Assembly: GCA_965207065.1 (NCBI GenBank)
Contig: OZ242260.1
Span: 3,200,001 to 3,264,000, forward strand
DNA length: 64,000 nucleotides
Direction of reading: 5' to 3'
Origin: a bacterium
GTDB lineage: Bacteria > UBA8248
The notes beneath the pieces were generated by a model. That model was not told the DNA's origin. It saw only the letters and a list, made by a program, of their open reading frames with translations, and made no database searches. Position 1 is the stretch's first letter. Each line of letters begins with the position of its first letter. The position numbers were made by a program, and so were the translations under genes. This document shows positions 18,060-27,416 of the stretch, in pieces.

Positions 18060-18626
18060 ATGCCCTCGACAAGTGATTTTCGTAATGGCCTGAAGATTGA
18101 GCTCGATAACGAGCCGTTCATCATCGTGGAGTTCCAGCACGTGAAGCCCGGGAAGGGCGGGGCTTTCGTGCGCACGAAGCTCAAGAATCTGAAAACGGGC
18201 CGCGTTCTGGAAAAGACCTTCCGCTCGGGCGAGTCCGTCGGCGACCCCGGGGTCGAGCAGAAACAGATGCAGTATCTCTACCGCGACGGCGACATCTTTT
18301 ATTTCATGGACACGCAAACCTACGATCAGACGGGCCTTGGGGAGGAAAAACTCGGGCACAGCGTCAAGCTCCTGCGCGAGGAGACGATAGTGGACATCCT
18401 CTTCCACAAGGGCGACGCGATTTCGGTCGAAATGCCCACTTTTGTGGAATTGGCCATCAAGAAGACCGAACCCGGCGTGCGGGGCGATACGGCGACGGGC
18501 GCGACCAAACAGGCGGAGCTGGAGACAGGCGCTACGGTCACCGTTCCCTTGTTCCTGAACGAAGGAGACGTGCTCAAAATCGACACGCGCACGGGGGAAT
18601 ACATCGAACGCGTGAGGACGGCCTAG
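18060..18626 (+). CDS. efp: Elongation factor P
   Basis: HVKPGKGGAFVR, PGVRGDT, VPLF, IDTRTGEY; AGGAGG RBS. Confidence 0.97.
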   Translation: MPSTSDFRNGLKIELDNEPFIIVEFQHVKPGKGGAFVRTKLKNLKTGRVLEKTFRSGESVGDPGVEQKQMQYLYRDGDIFYFMDTQTYDQTGLGEEKLGHSVKLLREETIVDILFHKGDAISVEMPTFVELAIKKTEPGVRGDTATGATKQAELETGATVTVPLFLNEGDVLKIDTRTGEYIERVRTA

Positions 18627-18815
18627 CGTCCATCCCACCTGAGAAAAAATATTGAAAGTTGCTTGTTCATGGCGTATTGTATCCATGAGCGAGGTATACG
18701 GTTTCCGAAAAAATCACGAGTGCTGCGAGGGGCGTCACGTGTTGCGTGAAGTCCCCTTGATATCTACGTGAAACCCTTGATTCTATTTCATCCAGCTCCC
18801 TGAAGGAGACACGTC

Positions 18816-19940
18816 ATGCGCGACAAGCTGTTTACCGTCCTGACCATTCTCGCAGCCGCCGCCTTCCTGGGTACGGCTGCGCACGCCGCGACGCTCAAGC
18901 TCGGCGTAGCCGGTCCGCTCACCGGCGATCAGGCGGCGTTCGGCGAGATGCTGAAAAACGGCGCTACGCTCGCAGTCGAGGAATGGAACGCCAAGGGCGG
19001 CGTGAAAGTCGGTAAAAAGAAGATGAAGGTGGATATCCTCTGGGGCGACGATCGCCACGACCCGCGGGAAGGGGTGTCGATCGCGCACAAGTTCGTGAAC
19101 TCGGGCGCCGCCGGCATCGTCGGCCATTTCAACAGTTCGGTCTCCATCCCTGCCTCCACCGTGTATGCGGAGGCGGGCGTCGTCCAGATCACGCCGGCGT
19201 CCACGAACCCCAAGCTCACCGAGCAGGGCTTCTCGACGGTGTTCCGCGTCTGCGGGCGCGACGATCAGCAAGGAGAAGTCGCGGCGAACTACATCGTGGA
19301 CAAGCTGAAGTTGAAGCGCATCGCCATCCTCCACGACAAGACCACCTACGGCCAGGGACTGGCCGATGAGACGAAGCGTTTCCTGGAGAAAAGAGGCGTC
19401 AAGCCCGTCTTCTACAGCGGGGTCGTGCAGGGGGATAAGGACTACACGCCCGTGCTCACGGCCGCCAAGCAGAAAAACCCCGAACTCGTCTATTTCGGCG
19501 GCATCCACCCGGAGGCCATCCTTCTGGTCAAGCAGATGCGCGAGCGCCTCGGCATGAAGGCGCACTTCATGAGCGGCGACGGCATCGTCACGGACGAGTA
19601 CTACAAGATCGCCGGCAAATCCGCCGAGGGCACCTATATCACGTTCACGCCGGATCAGACGAAACTCGCGGCGGCCCAGAACGTCATCAAGAATCACCGC
19701 AAGCGTTTCGGAAAGGAAGTGGGCGCCTACACCATCTACAGCTATGTGGCCGCGAACATGATCCTGAGCGCCATCCAGGCCACGGGCAGCACCAATGGGT
19801 CCAAGCTGGCCGCCCATCTGCGCAGCAAGCCCTGGAACACCTCTTTGGGCAAACTCCAGTTCAACAAGAAAGGAGACGTCCTGGAGAGCCCCTACGTACT
19901 CTGGCAGGTGAAGGGGTCGAAATTCGTAGAGATCAAATAG
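18816..19940 (+). CDS. livK: Branched-chain amino acid ABC transporter substrate-binding protein
   Basis: Signal peptide, AGPLTG, VGHFNSSVS, PASTNP.LT, RDDQQG, HDKTTYGQGLA. Confidence 0.9.
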   Translation: MRDKLFTVLTILAAAAFLGTAAHAATLKLGVAGPLTGDQAAFGEMLKNGATLAVEEWNAKGGVKVGKKKMKVDILWGDDRHDPREGVSIAHKFVNSGAAGIVGHFNSSVSIPASTVYAEAGVVQITPASTNPKLTEQGFSTVFRVCGRDDQQGEVAANYIVDKLKLKRIAILHDKTTYGQGLADETKRFLEKRGVKPVFYSGVVQGDKDYTPVLTAAKQKNPELVYFGGIHPEAILLVKQMRERLGMKAHFMSGDGIVTDEYYKIAGKSAEGTYITFTPDQTKLAAAQNVIKNHRKRFGKEVGAYTIYSYVAANMILSAIQATGSTNGSKLAAHLRSKPWNTSLGKLQFNKKGDVLESPYVLWQVKGSKFVEIK

Positions 19941-19966
19941 GGCGCACGTCGCCATGTTGAATCGCG

Positions 19967-19998
19967 GGAGGGGAGGCGAAAGCCTCCCCTTCTTTTTT
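19967..19998 (+). terminator. Intrinsic terminator/attenuator between livK and livH
   Basis: aggggaggc-GAAA-gcctcccct followed by a T-run. Confidence 0.85.
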
Positions 19999-20025
19999 GT
20001 CTAATTATCATGTAAAGATTTCTCT

Positions 20026-20934
20026 ATGTTTGCGCAACAGCTGGTGAACGGCCTCGTCGTCGGCGCGGTTTACGCACTCATCGCCCTGGGCTATACCCTC
20101 GTCTACGGCATTCTGCAGCTCATCAATTTCGCCCACGGCGAAATCTACATGATAGGCGCGTACGTGGGCATCGCCGTCCTTGCTGTGCTGGGGACCATGG
20201 GCCTCACGCAGACGAGCCTGGCGCTGAGCATCGTTCTCGTCTTTCTCATCCCGATGATCTACTGCGCCGCATACGGAATCACTTTGGAGCGCGTCGCCTA
20301 CCGCCCGCTGCGCAATGCGCCGAGGCTCTCCCCGCTCATCAGCGCGATAGGCATGAGCCTCTTTCTCCAGAACTACGTTCAAGTCGTCCAGGGAGCGCGC
20401 GACAAGGCGTTTCCCAACCTGCTCGAACTCGGGAGTTTCCAGCTTTTCGGCGCTTACGTGAACGGGCTTCAGATCTTCATCCTGGTTCTGGCCCTGGGTC
20501 TCATGGCGGCGCTCCAGCTTTTCATCAAGAAGACGAAGCTCGGCAAGGCCATGCGCGCCACCGCCCAGGACAGGACGATGGCCTCGCTCGTCGGCGTGAA
20601 CGTGAACCGGGTGATCGCGGTCACTTTCGCCATCGGCTCCGTGCTGGCCGCCGTAGCTGGCGTGATGGTGGGCATGTACTACGGAATCGTGAACCACCAC
20701 ATCGGCTTCGTCGCGGGTATGAAGGCGTTCACCGCCGCCGTGCTGGGCGGTATCGGCAACGTGACGGGAGCGTTCCTGGGAGGCTTCCTGCTGGCGCTTC
20801 TCGAGAGTTTCTGGGCGGGGTACGTCTCCGCGGTCTATAAGGATGTCTTCGCGTTCATGGTGCTGGTCGTCGTCCTCATCTTCCGGCCCGAGGGAATCCT
20901 GGGCGGCTCGGGCGGCGAGGCGGACAGGACATGA
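20026..20934 (+). CDS. livH: Branched-chain amino acid ABC permease
   Basis: YALIALGYTLVYG, INFAHGE, GKAMRA, KAFTAAVLGGIG. Confidence 0.94.
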   Translation: MFAQQLVNGLVVGAVYALIALGYTLVYGILQLINFAHGEIYMIGAYVGIAVLAVLGTMGLTQTSLALSIVLVFLIPMIYCAAYGITLERVAYRPLRNAPRLSPLISAIGMSLFLQNYVQVVQGARDKAFPNLLELGSFQLFGAYVNGLQIFILVLALGLMAALQLFIKKTKLGKAMRATAQDRTMASLVGVNVNRVIAVTFAIGSVLAAVAGVMVGMYYGIVNHHIGFVAGMKAFTAAVLGGIGNVTGAFLGGFLLALLESFWAGYVSAVYKDVFAFMVLVVVLIFRPEGILGGSGGEADRT

Positions 20935-22112
20935 GCACATACGCGAGAGTCCCGCTCATCGGTCTTTGGTTCGCCTTTCTGGCGCTGCCTCTCGCGGGAT
21001 GGAAGAACAGCCTCTGGATAGGGCTGGGCTGCGCCGCCGTCGTCTTCGTGGTGAGCGCGGCGCGGGCGAGCGCGCAATCAGGCGCTCTGGCGGGGCCGGC
21101 GCAGCACATCAAGACCGGGTTCGCATCCGCATGGGGTTTCATCGAGGAGAAATCCTACGACAAGCGTTACCTTAGCCTGTTCCTGCTCCTCATTATCGCG
21201 CTGCCCTGGACGCTCGATCGCTATTCCACCGACGTGCTCGTCATCACCGGTATCTACGTCATGCTCGCCCTGGGGCTCAACGTGGTGGTCGGCTTCGCCG
21301 GCCTCCTGGACCTGGGCTACGTGGCCTTCTACGCCGTGGGGGCGTATTCCTACGCTCTTCTGAACAGCTGGTACGGGCTTTCCTTCTGGCCGGCTTTGGG
21401 TGTTGGCGTGGCCAGTTCCGCCCTGTTCGGGATCATTCTGGGAATCCCCGTCCTGCGGCTCCGGGGCGATTATCTCGCCATTGTCACGCTCGGTTTCGGC
21501 GAGATCATCCGTCTCGTTCTCAACAACTGGGACAACGTGACGCAGGGTCCGAACGGCATCCTGGGCATCGGGCGCCCCTATCTGGGCGAGATGCGCCTCT
21601 ACAAGCCCATGCACTTCTACTACCTCGTTGTCATCTTGTGTATCGTCACCATCTTCATCGTGAACCGGCTCGACAAGAGCCGCCTGGGCCGCGCCTGGGC
21701 GGCCATGCGCGAGGACGAGACGGTGGCCGAGTGCATGGGCGTCAACATCGTCTACACGAAACTTTCCGCCTTCGCCTTCGGAGCCGCCTGGGCGGGGTTC
21801 GGGGGCGTTGTCTTCTCCGCGAAGCAGACGTTCATCTCGCCGGAGAGTTTCACGTTTTTCGAATCCGTCATCATCTTGTGCATGGTGGTGCTGGGCGGCA
21901 TGGCGAGCATCCCGGGCGTGATGCTCGGTGCGTTCATCCTCACCGTGCTGCCCGAGGTTCTCAGAGAACTCACGCTTTTCCGGCCCATGCTCCTGGGCGG
22001 CGCCATGGTGCTCATGATGGTGCTGCGGCCCCAGGGACTGCTCCAGGCAAAGGGCCAGCGCCACCATCTCGAGCGCGATGAACCTGAAAGCAAGACAGGG
22101 GCGGGGCGATGA
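20931..22112 (+). CDS. livM: Branched-chain amino acid ABC permease
   Basis: GLNVVVGFAGLLDLGY, LRLRGDYLAIVTLGFGEI, GRAW.A.REDE. Confidence 0.94.
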   Translation: MSTYARVPLIGLWFAFLALPLAGWKNSLWIGLGCAAVVFVVSAARASAQSGALAGPAQHIKTGFASAWGFIEEKSYDKRYLSLFLLLIIALPWTLDRYSTDVLVITGIYVMLALGLNVVVGFAGLLDLGYVAFYAVGAYSYALLNSWYGLSFWPALGVGVASSALFGIILGIPVLRLRGDYLAIVTLGFGEIIRLVLNNWDNVTQGPNGILGIGRPYLGEMRLYKPMHFYYLVVILCIVTIFIVNRLDKSRLGRAWAAMREDETVAECMGVNIVYTKLSAFAFGAAWAGFGGVVFSAKQTFISPESFTFFESVIILCMVVLGGMASIPGVMLGAFILTVLPEVLRELTLFRPMLLGGAMVLMMVLRPQGLLQAKGQRHHLERDEPESKTGAGR

Positions 22113-22885
22113 AACCAATCGTGCGTCTTTTGATGCTGAAAAAACTCACGCGGCGCTTCGGCGGCGTGGTGGCGCTCGACTCTCTGGACCTGAACGTGCA
22201 CGAGGGCGAGGTGTTAGGCCTCATCGGCCCGAACGGCGCGGGCAAGACGACGGCCTTCAATGTGGTGACGGGCCTTTACGCGCCCACCGAGGGCGACGTC
22301 ATCTTCAAGGGGAAAAACCTCGTGGGGCTCAAGCCCAGCGCCGTTACGAGCCGGGGCATCGCGCGCACGTTCCAGAACATCCGCCTGTTCCGGGGGATGA
22401 CGGTGCTGGAAAACGTCCTCGTGGGACGCCACTGCAAGATGTGCACCGGCCCGGTCGGCGCGATTTTCAGGCTCCCCGGCATGGTGGCGGAGGAGCGCCG
22501 GGCGGTAGACGAGGCCATGGAACTGCTCGAGTTCACGGGCATCGCCGCCTATGCCTCGGGTATGGCGGAGGCGCTCTCCTACGGGGATCAGAGGAGGCTC
22601 GAGATTGCGCGCGCCCTGGCGAGCGAACCCAGCCTGCTGCTGCTCGACGAGCCCGCCGCGGGCATGAACCCGAGAGAGAAAAGCGTGCTCAACGAACTGA
22701 TACTGGCGATCCGTGATCGCGGCGTCACTATCTTGCTGATCGAGCACGACATGAAGGTGGTCATGGGCATCTCCGACCGCGTGGTCGTCCTCGATCACGG
22801 GGAGAAGATAGCGGACGGGACCCCCGCCGAGGTGCGGCGCGACCCCAAGGTGCTGGAAGCCTATCTGGGGACGTCCCATGCTTGA
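22109..22885 (+). CDS. livG: Branched-chain amino acid ABC ATPase
   Basis: GPNGAGKTT, RTFQNIRLF, LSYG.QRRLEIARAL, LLDEPAAG. Confidence 0.94.
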   Translation: MKPIVRLLMLKKLTRRFGGVVALDSLDLNVHEGEVLGLIGPNGAGKTTAFNVVTGLYAPTEGDVIFKGKNLVGLKPSAVTSRGIARTFQNIRLFRGMTVLENVLVGRHCKMCTGPVGAIFRLPGMVAEERRAVDEAMELLEFTGIAAYASGMAEALSYGDQRRLEIARALASEPSLLLLDEPAAGMNPREKSVLNELILAIRDRGVTILLIEHDMKVVMGISDRVVVLDHGEKIADGTPAEVRRDPKVLEAYLGTSHA

Positions 22886-23582
22886 ACTGAGGGATGTCCA
22901 TTTCTACTACGGACAAATCCATGCGCTGCAGGGCGTGTCGCTGGAGGTGCGCTCGGGGCAGGTCGTCTGCCTCATCGGCAGCAACGGAGCGGGCAAATCC
23001 TCCACCTTGATGGCGATCAGCGGCGTCAACGCCGTCTCCCGGGGCGAGATACTGCTCGAGGGCGAAGCCATCCACGCGCAGGAGCCGGACGACATCGTGA
23101 GGCGCGGCATCTGCCAGGTGCCCGAGGGCAGGCGCATCTTCCCGCACCTGACCGTGCTCGAAAACCTGGAGATGGGCGCTTTTCTGAGAAACGACGCCGG
23201 AGGCGTCAAGGACGACCTCGATTACGTCTGCTCCCTGTTTCCCGTGCTCCACGAGCGGCGCGCCCAGCGGGGCGGGACGCTCTCGGGCGGGGAGCAGCAG
23301 ATGCTGGCCATCGCCCGCGCGCTGATGTCAAAGCCCAGGCTCCTCCTGCTCGATGAACCCTCGCTCGGCCTCGCGCCCCGGATCATCGAGACCATCTTCG
23401 GGGTCCTGGCGAGAATCCGCGATGAGGGGACGGGCATTTTCCTCGTCGAGCAGAACGCGCACCTGGCGCTCAATTTCTCGGACTGGGCCTACGTGATGGA
23501 GACGGGGCGGATCATCATGGGTGATGAACCCGCCGTTCTGCGTGATTCACCCGCCGTCCGCGAAGCCTATCTGGGCGAATAG
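22878..23582 (+). CDS. livF: Branched-chain amino acid ABC ATPase
   Basis: GSNGAGKS, VPEGRRIF, LSGGEQQMLA, LDEPSLGLAP. Confidence 0.94.
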   Translation: MLELRDVHFYYGQIHALQGVSLEVRSGQVVCLIGSNGAGKSSTLMAISGVNAVSRGEILLEGEAIHAQEPDDIVRRGICQVPEGRRIFPHLTVLENLEMGAFLRNDAGGVKDDLDYVCSLFPVLHERRAQRGGTLSGGEQQMLAIARALMSKPRLLLLDEPSLGLAPRIIETIFGVLARIRDEGTGIFLVEQNAHLALNFSDWAYVMETGRIIMGDEPAVLRDSPAVREAYLGE

Positions 23583-23602
23583 GGAGGCTTTTTTCGCCGT
23601 TC

Positions 23603-24145
23603 GGGTTTTATGAAAAAATCCTGATTTCGTGATTGGGCGAATGGAACCAACCGGGGAAGGAGACTGCACTCCCAGTAGTAGAGCACTCAACAACAACTCC
23701 CCCCTTGAAGGTCGGGCATCCCGAGGGAAATGCCCGATGAAAAAGCCCATATAGAGAGCCTGCAAGTAGATGGGTTGTAGGGACAGGCCCCCGTGCCTGT
23801 CCGAGGTTAGTTCGATGCCCCCGCGCTTTTCCCTGCGAAGCGCAACCACGGGGATGGATATATCCGATACGGGCGGTCACGGAGGGCAGGGCGGCCACAG
23901 GGGGCCGCCCCTACGGGTGAATGCGGTTTTTGATCGTCATTCCGGTGTCGGTGCCGATTGATGAATGAGGGTTCGACGAAATCCAGGGACTTTGCTTTTG
24001 TAATTGACTTTCCGCTTTATCGTTTTTCTTGGGCGTCCTGAGATTCGGTAACTCCGTCTGCTCTGGATTCCGGCATTCGCCGGAATGACGGTGAAAACTC
24101 TCAAATGGGAGCAAGAACACCTTAGGGGGCTTTTTCAATAGCCCC
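23603..24145. repeat. Composite REP/MITE-like intergenic element
   Basis: Right end ggctttttcaatagcccc resembles the TIRs at 10.0 and 16.0 kb; 23777-23945 is an inverted copy of 10383-10539; CGTC repeats. Confidence 0.7.
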
Positions 24146-24259
24146 TTCCGCAAAGCCTGTCCGGGCGAAAAAAGCCCGCTCGTCCTTGCCCGCCCGCCCG
24201 CTTCGGCCTAAACTTCGGGGCGTATCCCTTTTCCACAACCATTCGGGAGGAAAGTTTGC

Positions 24260-24874
24260 ATGATCTACGAAATGCGCACTTATCGGTTGACCGTCGGCGG
24301 TGTGGCCGAGTTCGAGGAGAATTTCGCTAAAGTCATCGACAAGAGGAACGAGGTTTCTCCGATTATGGGATTCTTCCATACCGAGGTCGGGGACCTGAAC
24401 CGCATCAGGCACATCTGGCAGTACGAGAGCATGGACCACCGCGCCGAGGTGCGGGCGAAGACGATGAGCCAGGACTGGTGGCCGCCGCCCAACGGGCATC
24501 TCATTCTCGAGCAGGAGAGCAAGGTGATGACGGCTCCCCCGTTCCGGCCCGAACCGCGGCTGGGGGCGTATGGCAGCGTATATGAGTTCAGAACCTACAC
24601 CGTGCAGCCCGGCAAGACGGGAGAAGTCCTGAGCCGCTGGACCGAGCACATCGCGGCGCGGGAAGAGCTCTCCCCGCTGGCGGCGCTCTTCATGACCGAT
24701 GTGGGGCCGCTCAACGAGTGGATCCACGTCTGGGCGTATGAGGACATGAACCATCGCGCCGAGATTCGCCAGAAAGCGCATGAACTGCCGAACTGGCCTC
24801 CGGGCTCGCGTCCGTTCCTGGACACGCAGAATTCAGAAATCTGGATGCCCTCTTCCTTCTCGCCCATGCACTAG
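24260..24874 (+). CDS. NIPSNAP family protein (two domains)
   Basis: YEMRTY...GDLNRIRHIWQY..MDHR repeated as YEFRTY...GPLNEWIHVWAY; ends FSPM. Confidence 0.9.
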   Translation: MIYEMRTYRLTVGGVAEFEENFAKVIDKRNEVSPIMGFFHTEVGDLNRIRHIWQYESMDHRAEVRAKTMSQDWWPPPNGHLILEQESKVMTAPPFRPEPRLGAYGSVYEFRTYTVQPGKTGEVLSRWTEHIAAREELSPLAALFMTDVGPLNEWIHVWAYEDMNHRAEIRQKAHELPNWPPGSRPFLDTQNSEIWMPSSFSPMH

Positions 24875-24884
24875 GCGAGCATCG

Positions 24885-25691
24885 CTACCCCGTGGTGAAC
24901 AGGTAGAGCAGGGCAAGTGCGCCCGCGCCCCAGCAGTAGTAGCGAAAGCGCGCGAGGTTGCCGCCCTTAACGAGCCGGATGAGCCAGCCCAGGGCGGCTG
25001 TCCCCACGATAGCCGCGGCCAGCGCGCCGACGGCGAAGGGGAGCAGCTTGGCCCCGAGCGGGCCTTCCAGGTCTTTTATCTTGAGGGCGAATGCGCCCAG
25101 GATCGCGGGTACCGAGAGCAAAAAGCTGAAGCGCGCGGTCTGTTCGCGCGCCACCCCGCGCATGAGGGCGGCGGCGATGGTCGCCCCCGAGCGGGAGATT
25201 CCCGGAATGATGGCGAACGCCTGGAATACGCCGATGATGAGGGCGTCCTTGGCCGTCATTTCGGCTTCTCCGCGGCCTGCGCCCTCCCGGGGTTCGCTCA
25301 GGCACAGAATGCCGCCCGTCACGAGCAGCGCGCAGGCGGCGAGCCTGGGCGAGGCGAACATCTCTTCGACCAGACCACCCAGAAAAACACCCACAATCCC
25401 CGCCGGGACCGATCCCAGAATCAGGAGCCAGCCAGTTCTTGCCGCGCCGTCGCCTGAATCTTTACCCGCCAGGGACGAGACCCAACCCCGGGCGATGCGC
25501 CATAGGTCTTTTCCGTAGAATACGAGTACGGCGGCGAGCGTGCCGACGTGGAGCAGGACGTCGAAGAGCAACTCGGGTTCTTTCAGTCCCAGAATGCTCT
25601 GGCCCAGAACGAGGTGTCCCGAACTGCTCACCGGCAGAAACTCGGTCAGGCCTTGCACGACGCCGAGAATGAGGGCGTGTTCCCAGGGCAT
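24885..25691 (-). CDS. uppP: Undecaprenyl-diphosphatase (BacA)
   Basis: LGVVQGLTEFLPVSSSGHL, PGISRSGAT, FSFLLS.PA. Confidence 0.95.
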   Translation of the reverse strand: MPWEHALILGVVQGLTEFLPVSSSGHLVLGQSILGLKEPELLFDVLLHVGTLAAVLVFYGKDLWRIARGWVSSLAGKDSGDGAARTGWLLILGSVPAGIVGVFLGGLVEEMFASPRLAACALLVTGGILCLSEPREGAGRGEAEMTAKDALIIGVFQAFAIIPGISRSGATIAAALMRGVAREQTARFSFLLSVPAILGAFALKIKDLEGPLGAKLLPFAVGALAAAIVGTAALGWLIRLVKGGNLARFRYYCWGAGALALLYLFTTG

Positions 25692-25713
25692 GTTCAATCT
25701 TCCGGTGGACGGT

Positions 25714-26829
25714 TCATAGGAATCTGACGCCGTCAGGCCCAAGGTTTTTGACCATCTCGCCGATTTTTTCCGCATCCTCAATCGAGCAGATGAGAAGCGC
25801 GTCGTCCGTCTCGACGACGATGACGTCCTCGACCCCGACTGCGGCGACGAATTTCTTGTTCGAGCGGACAATCAGGTTCTTCGCGCCGATGGCTTCGGTT
25901 TTGCCCCCCTTGGGCAGTATCCACACGTTTCCGTCCTCATCGCGCGGCAGGACGCCTCGTATAGCGGGCCATGTGCCCAGATCGCTCCAGCCGACGTCGG
26001 CCGGCAAGACGATGAGTTTCCGCGATTTCTCCATCACCGCATGATCGATGCTGATAGACTCGCACTTCTCCCAGGATTTCGCGAATGCGGCTGCGTCGCG
26101 CTTCAGTAGTGCAGATGCCGCCCGGCTTAGCGTTGCGCTCAGGCGGGGCAGGTGGACATCGAGTTCATCGACCAGGTGTGCGGCCTGGGAGACGAAGATG
26201 CCGCTGTTCCAGTAATGTTTGCCGGAAGCAGCATACCTCTTGGCACGGGCGAGAGGGGGCTTTTCAATAAACCTCTTTGCGCGAAACGCCTCTTGGTCTC
26301 CCGCATCCGTAATGCGCCCGCCGCGCTCGATGTAGCCGAAACCGGTCTCGGGCGAATCAGGCGTCACCCCGAGCGAGACGATTGCCTCATGCTCACTCGC
26401 CAGACGCGCCCCCGCCTTTATGAGTTGTCGGAATTCCCTCGTCTTCGCGACGAACTGGTCTGCGGGCACGGCGCACATGAGCGCGCCCGGCTCTCTCGAT
26501 TCAATGAGGCGCGCCGCCAGGCCGAGGCAGGGCGCGGTGTTTCTCCCCGCAGGCTCATGGACGACGTTGCGCTTGGGGATATCGAGATTCCGGAAGAATT
26601 TCCGGTGCGCGGTCGAGGCCATGATGAGCGTTCGCTCGGGCGGGGCGAGGCCGCGTATGCGTTTAAGCGTCGCATCAAGCAGCGTGGGGCCTGCGTTTTT
26701 GGGAGGAATCCCTCCGCCCGGGGGCAGGAATTGCTTGGGCTTCGACTTTCTGCTCACAGGCCAGAAGCGCGTTCCCGCGCCTCCCGCCATGATGACCGCC
26801 CACAATGGGGACGTGTCGCGCCTGGTCAC
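25714..26829 (-). CDS. manC: Mannose-1-phosphate guanylyltransferase
   Basis: IMAGG.GTRFWP.SR...PKQF, EP.GRNTAP, ETGFGYI, F.EKP, WNSG, SID.AVMEK, WSDLG. Confidence 0.92.
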   Translation of the reverse strand: MTRRDTSPLWAVIMAGGAGTRFWPVSRKSKPKQFLPPGGGIPPKNAGPTLLDATLKRIRGLAPPERTLIMASTAHRKFFRNLDIPKRNVVHEPAGRNTAPCLGLAARLIESREPGALMCAVPADQFVAKTREFRQLIKAGARLASEHEAIVSLGVTPDSPETGFGYIERGGRITDAGDQEAFRAKRFIEKPPLARAKRYAASGKHYWNSGIFVSQAAHLVDELDVHLPRLSATLSRAASALLKRDAAAFAKSWEKCESISIDHAVMEKSRKLIVLPADVGWSDLGTWPAIRGVLPRDEDGNVWILPKGGKTEAIGAKNLIVRSNKKFVAAVGVEDVIVVETDDALLICSIEDAEKIGEMVKNLGPDGVRFL

Positions 26830-27416
26830 TGCAAGAATCCTTTGAACAGGAGAAAACCGCCCAAAAGCAATACGATAAAGATGATGGTCAATAAATTAAA
26901 GCGGCGATCGATGAAACTTCGAATCGGGGGGCCGAAGCGGTGGATAAGCGCGGCCTCGATGAAAAAGCGCGCCGAGCGACTCAAAATCGACGCGATGAGG
27001 AAAACGAGGAAATTGATTTCGAACGCGCCCGCCGAGATGGTGAACACCTTGTAGGGGATCGGCGTGAATCCGGCGATCGCCACCGCCCAGGCGTCATAGG
27101 CGCGGTAGTATTCCTGAACGATCTGGTATTTATCCGCTACGCCGTAGAACGCGATAATGGGCTCGCCGACGCTTTTCAGGAGATAAAAGCCGATCATGTA
27201 GCCCAGCGCGCCGCCCAGGACGGAGAACGCCGAGCAGACGGCGGCGTAGAGATACGCCCTTTGCGGCCTGGCGAGCGCGAGGGCCATCAGGAGCGGGTCC
27301 GGCGGAATGGGGAAGAAGACGGATTCCGTCGTCGATACGACGATGAGGGCGGGCAGGGCGTAGCGCGAATCCGCCCAGCTCAGCACCCACTCGTAGAGCG
27401 CGCGGAGGCTACGCAT
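26826..27416 (-). CDS. YqaA/DedA family membrane protein
   Basis: ESVFFPIPPD, GFTPIPYKVFTISAG, SR.ARF. Confidence 0.9.
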   Translation of the reverse strand: MRSLRALYEWVLSWADSRYALPALIVVSTTESVFFPIPPDPLLMALALARPQRAYLYAAVCSAFSVLGGALGYMIGFYLLKSVGEPIIAFYGVADKYQIVQEYYRAYDAWAVAIAGFTPIPYKVFTISAGAFEINFLVFLIASILSRSARFFIEAALIHRFGPPIRSFIDRRFNLLTIIFIVLLLGGFLLFKGFLQ

